Source: Patescibacteria group bacterium (lineage in GTDB: Bacteria > Patescibacteriota > Patescibacteriia > GWA2-46-9). Taken from it: DNA of 64,000 bases. Both the position numbers and the translations under genes were made by a program. Below are positions 59,390 through 64,000 of this stretch, in pieces. How positions within the stretch are numbered: position 1 is the stretch's first letter; each line of letters starts with the position of its first letter. Below the pieces are notes generated by a model that was given only the letters and a program-made list of their open reading frames with translations, had not been told where the DNA came from and made no database searches. Location of the stretch: positions 72 to 64,071 of the forward strand of contig JBAZXG010000007.1 of the NCBI GenBank assembly GCA_041660005.1, given 5' to 3'.

Positions 59390-60418
59390 ATGTCCAAACC
59401 AACCAAGAAGGATTTGCTTACAACGCCCGTTGAACACATCGATATAACAAAGCTCGATGCGGTTTCGCTTATCGAATCCTACGGCAAGATGTCGTTCTCT
59501 GCCCGCGACCTTGCTCGAGCAGCCCGTATTTATGACGCCATGCTGGCGGATCAGAATTGCTCGGCCTGGCTGACTCTTGCCGGATCAACCAGCGCCGCTG
59601 GCTGCATGCAGGTGTACGCTGACCTTGTAAAAAACAACATGATTGATGTTATTGTAGCGACTGGCGCATCAATTGTGGACATGGATTTTTTTGAAGCCCT
59701 CGGCTTTAAACATTACCAAGGAACGCCATTCATTGACGACGGGGAGTTGCGGAGTCTCTATATTGATCGCATCTACGACACCTTTATTGACGAAGAAGAA
59801 TTGCAGGCGTGTGATAAAGCGATTGGCGAAATTGCCGAAAGTTTGCCAGCGCGCCCGCACTCATCTCGCGAATTCATTTCTGCCATGGGAAAGTACCTCA
59901 CGACGCATGCCAAGAAACCCGGGTCATTGGTGCAGCTTGCTTACGAACATCAAGTGCCGATTTTCTGCCCAGCATTCTCTGACTCGTCCGCTGGTTTTGG
60001 GTTAGTCATGCATCAGGTAAAACATCCCGATGAGCACCTCTCCATTGACTCGGTAAAAGATTTTCGAGAACTGACAGACATTAAAATTAAGAGTAACGAC
60101 TCGGGTTTACTTATGGTCGGTGGCGGGGTGCCGAAAAATTTTGCTCAAGACACTGTTGTCTGCGCAGAAGTTCTTGGAAAAGAAGTGCCCGTGCATAAGT
60201 ACGCGGTACAAATTACTGTCGCTGATGTGCGTGACGGCGCTTGTTCTTCTTCAACACTCAAAGAGGCAAGCTCTTGGGGCAAGGTGAGTACAGTGCATGA
60301 GCAGATGGTGTATGCAGAAGCGACGCTTGCCATACCGCTCATTGCCGCCTACGCCTACCAAAAAGAAAATTGGAAAAAGCGTACTCCGCGTAAGTTTGCA
60401 TCACTGTTTGCGGCCTAG
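59390..60418 (+). CDS. Deoxyhypusine synthase-like protein
   Basis: IDRIYDT, PAFSDSS, GGGVPKNF, DGACSSSTLKEASSWGK with the catalytic Lys. Confidence 0.9.
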   Translation: MSKPTKKDLLTTPVEHIDITKLDAVSLIESYGKMSFSARDLARAARIYDAMLADQNCSAWLTLAGSTSAAGCMQVYADLVKNNMIDVIVATGASIVDMDFFEALGFKHYQGTPFIDDGELRSLYIDRIYDTFIDEEELQACDKAIGEIAESLPARPHSSREFISAMGKYLTTHAKKPGSLVQLAYEHQVPIFCPAFSDSSAGFGLVMHQVKHPDEHLSIDSVKDFRELTDIKIKSNDSGLLMVGGGVPKNFAQDTVVCAEVLGKEVPVHKYAVQITVADVRDGACSSSTLKEASSWGKVSTVHEQMVYAEATLAIPLIAAYAYQKENWKKRTPRKFASLFAA

Positions 60419-60441
60419 TTGCGTCATAAGGTGTTGTTTCG

Positions 60442-61323
60442 ATGGTAACGCGTTTTTCTCGTAAACCAACAAGTACACGCCAAAAAGTGCGTGTTGGATT
60501 GGTGCAAATGAAAATGTCTGCTGATCCGGCAGAGAATCTGACCGCTGCCGCCAAGCGCATTGCGCACTTAGCAAAGCAGGGTGCAGACGTTGTTTGCTTA
60601 CCAGAACTTTTTTTGACGCCATACTTTTGCCAGGCGGAGGATAAAAAATTTTTTGCTTTTGCAGAACCTATCCCTGGACCAACCAGTCGTGCCCTTGCTG
60701 ATATTGCTCGCCAGAATAAGGTGGCAATCGTCACCTCGCTGTTTGAGCGATCGCGCAAGAAATTTTACAATACAGCGCTCGTTATTTCACCGGACGGCAA
60801 GGTGAATGCGCAGTACCGCAAAATGCACATTCCGGACGATCCAAAGAATTATTACGCTGAAGCATTCTATTTTTCGCCCGGCAAACAAGGCGCCATCACC
60901 GTTGGCATACATGGCGTGACCGTGAGCCCGATGATTTGTTGGGATCAGTGGTTTCCTGAAGGTGCACGCGCAGCTGCAGCAGGTGGCGCAGAAATTATTT
61001 TTTATCCAACTGCCATTGGTTGGCAAGTCAAAGATAAACATGGTGTTAACCAAGCCGAATATGATGCCTGGCAGACTATTCAGCGTGCGCATGCAATAGC
61101 CAATAATACTTTTGTTATTGCTGTGAACAGAGTGGGCAAGGAAGGTCATCTACGTTTTTGGGGCACCTCTTTTGTGAGCGATCCCTACGGTCGCATCATT
61201 GCTAAAGCTTCAAACACCAAAGAGCAAGATTTACTCGTTACTTGTGATTTGTCGCTTATTCCCAAGATGCGTCGCGATTGGCCATTCTTAACAGCGCGGC
61301 GCTATTCACTATTGCAGAAATGA
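60442..61323 (+). CDS. aguB: N-carbamoylputrescine amidase (CN hydrolase)
   Basis: LPELF..PYFCQ, YRKMHIPDDP, ICWDQWFPE, YPTAIGW. Confidence 0.85.
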   Translation: MVTRFSRKPTSTRQKVRVGLVQMKMSADPAENLTAAAKRIAHLAKQGADVVCLPELFLTPYFCQAEDKKFFAFAEPIPGPTSRALADIARQNKVAIVTSLFERSRKKFYNTALVISPDGKVNAQYRKMHIPDDPKNYYAEAFYFSPGKQGAITVGIHGVTVSPMICWDQWFPEGARAAAAGGAEIIFYPTAIGWQVKDKHGVNQAEYDAWQTIQRAHAIANNTFVIAVNRVGKEGHLRFWGTSFVSDPYGRIIAKASNTKEQDLLVTCDLSLIPKMRRDWPFLTARRYSLLQK

Positions 61324-62348
61324 AGTATCGCATGCCAGGAGAGTGGGAGCCACATGAGGCTACCTGGATTGCCTGGCCGCACAATAAAGAACATTGGCCG
61401 GGGAAGTTTGAACCTATTCCTCTGGTGTACGTTGAAATTGTGCGCGCATTAGGATCAAGCGAACCGGTTTGCATATGTGTGAACGACGACGCAGAAGCGC
61501 GTGAAGCGAAGTCGCTTCTTGCGGAAAATAATGTGTCTCTCGATAATATTTCTTTCTATACCATTCCAACAAACGCTTCCTGGTCGCGCGATCATGGCCC
61601 AACTTTTGTGCAAGGAGAGCGTGGTGTCGTAGCGCTTGATTGGCAATATAACGCTAACGGCATGAAGTGGGGTCCGTACGATAAAGATGACGCCGTACCT
61701 CCGCAGGTTGCTCAGCTATTAAACGTGCCGGTCATGAAGCCAGGCATGGTGCTTGAAGGGGGATCTATTGATGTCAACGGGGTAGGTTCGCTTCTCACAA
61801 CTGAGCAGTGTCTCCTTAATGTAAATCGTAATCCGTCATTGAAGCGCGAGGATATTGAACAGAGGCTCAAGGAGTATCTTGGGGTTCGAAATATTCTTTG
61901 GCTGAAAGGCGGCATTGAAGGCGACGATACGGACGGTCACGTTGATGATGTGGCGCGTTTTGTAAATGCAACAACGGTGGTGTGTCCGCGAACTGAGGAC
62001 ACTTCGGACGTTGACTATGAAATTTTAGAAAGAAATTTTGCTGATTTGTCTGCCATGCGTGATCAAGATGGCAATGCGCTTACTCTTGTACCCCTGCCAA
62101 CGCCGAGCCCTGTGGTGTATGAAGAAACGCGGTTGCCGGCAAGTTATATGAATTTTTATATTGCAAACAAAGCGGTTTTGGTGCCGACATTTAGGTGTCC
62201 TCAAGATGCAGAGGCACGGTCAATTTTTGAAAAATTATTCCCTACGCGTCGTATTATTGGCATTGATTGCACGGACCTCGTATGGGGATTTGGCACCATT
62301 CACTGCTCAACCCAGCAGCAGCCATCTCTAAAAGCATTAAATTCTTGA
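61320..62348 (+). CDS. aguA: Agmatine deiminase
   Basis: RMPGEWEPH..TW, W.RDHGP, EGGSI, DTDGHVDD, SYMNF, GTIHCSTQQ; ATGA coupling to aguB. Confidence 0.93.
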   Translation: MKYRMPGEWEPHEATWIAWPHNKEHWPGKFEPIPLVYVEIVRALGSSEPVCICVNDDAEAREAKSLLAENNVSLDNISFYTIPTNASWSRDHGPTFVQGERGVVALDWQYNANGMKWGPYDKDDAVPPQVAQLLNVPVMKPGMVLEGGSIDVNGVGSLLTTEQCLLNVNRNPSLKREDIEQRLKEYLGVRNILWLKGGIEGDDTDGHVDDVARFVNATTVVCPRTEDTSDVDYEILERNFADLSAMRDQDGNALTLVPLPTPSPVVYEETRLPASYMNFYIANKAVLVPTFRCPQDAEARSIFEKLFPTRRIIGIDCTDLVWGFGTIHCSTQQQPSLKALNS

Positions 62349-62442
62349 CGTTTCTTCGTTTTTACGGTAGGTTATATGTAACGTGACGCCCAACGAAGGG
62401 CGTTTTCGTTATACACCACAAATCAGGAGAAAGATACGAGAT

Positions 62443-62649
62443 ATGACTGATGAAACGGAAGGAAGTGGAGGAGCCGCCGCGCAGGGCGGCGGCCTTTTTG
62501 AAACCATCTCGCAAAGCGAGGTGGAATCATGGGGGGCTTACTATGAGTTCGAGCGAGCAGGTCGCAACGGTCTCGTGGTTCGCTCTCGCAACGGTGAACA
62601 TTGGGAAGTTCCCGTTGCGGTTGCTGCGGTAATCCGTGGCAGAAAGTGA
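62443..62649 (+). CDS. Small orphan protein
   Basis: Preceded by a ttgacg-17bp-taggtt promoter-like site and an aggaga sequence; followed by a GC hairpin with a T-run. Confidence 0.5.
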   Translation: MTDETEGSGGAAAQGGGLFETISQSEVESWGAYYEFERAGRNGLVVRSRNGEHWEVPVAVAAVIRGRK

Positions 62650-62655
62650 CCGACT

Positions 62656-62701
62656 GGGGTTGGGGTGGCGAACGCGCTGCCCCGACCCCTCTTTTATTTT
62701 T
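62656..62701 (+). terminator. Intrinsic terminator
   Basis: ggggttggggtggc...gctgccccgacccc followed by tcttttatttt. Confidence 0.65.
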
Positions 62702-62740
62702 GTCCCCAATACCTCGTCGGCTTGCCTCGAGGTTACCGTT
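62695..62740. repeat. 46-bp hairpin repeat (copy 2)
   Basis: tatttttgtccccaatacctcgtcggcttgcctcgaggttaccgtt. Confidence 0.9.
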
Positions 62741-62784
62741 GTGGGTTTGGTGTGCCTAATTCTAGTGAGTGTAGTAAAATCAAT

Positions 62785-62863
62785 GGTATTAACCCAGAGG
62801 GCAAAGCCGCGGCGGTATGAAACCCTTTGATGCTAGCGTCGATTCACTATCCTCGGCAATAAA
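62785..62863 (+). repeat. Compact copy of the mgtA-leader element
   Basis: ggtattaacccagagggcaaagccgcggcggtatgaaaccctttgatgctagcgtcgattcactatcctcggcaataaa. Confidence 0.75.
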
Positions 62864-62872
62864 AAAGAAATT

Positions 62873-63586
62873 ATGACGTTTCCCTTGAGTCCAGTTTTGC
62901 ATGTTATTAACGGAACAATAGCTCTTTGGGCTGCGTTTCGTTTTTTAAAATCATACAAAGAAACGGGTAGTGTTTTTTACCGCATTTTTATTCATACTGG
63001 TTTTGGCGTAGCTTTTTCTTATTATCTCTATTCAGTGCCGATTTTGTTCGCACCAAAGGACAGCCACTTACACGGCATTTTTTATTTACTCGCTTTTTTC
63101 CCCCTTATTTGGGCGTTATCCAACGCCTTACGCTTTGCTTTTCAGATTTGGAATCTCAAGATATTAGAAAAAATTATTGTACCGATTGCGTTACTATTTA
63201 CTGTGGTTTTTTTTATTGCCCACTTGGCGGCGGTTCCTACTCCGCAAATTGTCAGTGGTATTGTCACTTGGCGCGTGGACTCACCTTTTGATTTCATTTA
63301 CTCTTTTGCGCTTCTTCTTTTGCTGTTGCCGTTAGTTGTTTTATTTTTTACCACCAAAGTACAAGGGTCAAAAGCTCGGTTGAACAAAAGATTGTTCGGT
63401 CTTGCCCTATTGCTCGGTGGTTTCGGAGGTATTGGTACAACCCTTGATGAAACGAAAATTCCGTTGTTAGTCTTCTTTTATCTTGTCGAATTTTTTGGGT
63501 TTTTATCTTTGGCTTTACTTTTTATTCTTGATCGTTATATTCCGGACGATGAGGTTACCAAAGCGTCGCCGCAGGAAGGTTGGTAG
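62873..63586 (+). CDS. 7-TM membrane protein (resembles a stand-alone histidine-kinase sensor domain)
   Basis: About seven hydrophobic helices, no cytoplasmic kinase domain. Confidence 0.65.
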   Translation: MTFPLSPVLHVINGTIALWAAFRFLKSYKETGSVFYRIFIHTGFGVAFSYYLYSVPILFAPKDSHLHGIFYLLAFFPLIWALSNALRFAFQIWNLKILEKIIVPIALLFTVVFFIAHLAAVPTPQIVSGIVTWRVDSPFDFIYSFALLLLLLPLVVLFFTTKVQGSKARLNKRLFGLALLLGGFGGIGTTLDETKIPLLVFFYLVEFFGFLSLALLFILDRYIPDDEVTKASPQEGW

Positions 63587-63674
63587 TTGCTGTTTATAGT
63601 CTTTACTATTTCTATCCTAAAGTATTTGTTTAATTTTTTATTAAACGCATAGCCTGGCCGAATAACGAAAAGCT

Positions 63675-64000
63675 ATGCCTAAGGTTTTACATTTTGAAGA
63701 TAATCCGGCATTTGCTGCCTACTTTGACGATGCGTTGCGGCTAGCAAGTTTTAGTGTAGTGCATTGTGCGGTGCCTCCGAACGATGTTGTTGGCTTGGTT
63801 ACCCAAGAGAAACCAGATATACTCATAACAGACGTAGTGATGCCGCGGGTGGACGGGTTCACCCTTACGACTTTGTTAAAGAGTGACGAGCGGACGCGGC
63901 ACATACCCGTTGTTATTCTAACTTCACTATCCAGCGCAGAGCACAGAGCGCGTGGTAAAATTGCAGGAGCGAATTCCTACGTAGTGAAATCGGAACTCGA
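63675..64000 (+). CDS. Response regulator receiver protein, truncated by the window end
   Basis: MPKVLHFEDN...KPDILITDVVMPRVDG...IPVVILTS...GANSYVVK; absent from the ORF track because no stop is reached. Confidence 0.88.
   Translation, partial: MPKVLHFEDNPAFAAYFDDALRLASFSVVHCAVPPNDVVGLVTQEKPDILITDVVMPRVDGFTLTTLLKSDERTRHIPVVILTSLSSAEHRARGKIAGANSYVVKSEL

Noticed and set aside
62790-62830. c-di-GMP-I riboswitch suggested by gggcaaa
   Set aside because: The downstream GNRA-loop stem and gacgcaaag/ctaa elements are missing.

Overview
This window looks like chromosomal DNA from a Patescibacteria (CPR, Parcubacteria-like) bacterium. TGA is used as a stop codon, genes are tightly packed, and most starts lack a Shine-Dalgarno site. 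It opens with the C-terminal part of a giant Cys-rich surface protein and a VirB6/PrgI/VirB4 T4SS-like operon followed by comF. Next come mgtA, recG, radA, a pilin-peptidase fusion, dsbA, clpC, htpX, lemA, a type IV pilus cluster, ligA and gatCA. An accessory region follows (Pif1 helicase, Fic, nucleotidyltransferase, glycosyltransferases, tyrA-ACT, a shikimate-kinase-like gene with thrC, an ABC transporter, and a DHS-like/aguB/aguA polyamine operon). The most unusual signal is non-coding. Two intact tRNA-Ser genes (UGA and GGA) each sit inside a 13-14 bp inverted repeat that is inserted into the anticodon arm of a decayed tRNA-Ser of the same isotype (a tRNA inside its own 'ghost'). The GGA ghost keeps its promoter and appears further split at its T-loop by a ~3 kb helicase+Fic insert. 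The third tRNA-Ser (GCU) has a disrupted duplicate of its 3' half, and tRNA-Arg has a rare GCG anticodon and flanking inverted repeats. Intergenic DNA carries several families of small palindromic repeats: a 160-bp TIR element that appears to supply the comF start codon, a 36-bp perfect palindrome with compensatory changes, and IS200/605-like hairpins, often nested in one another. All calls are from reading the sequence; no database searches were run.
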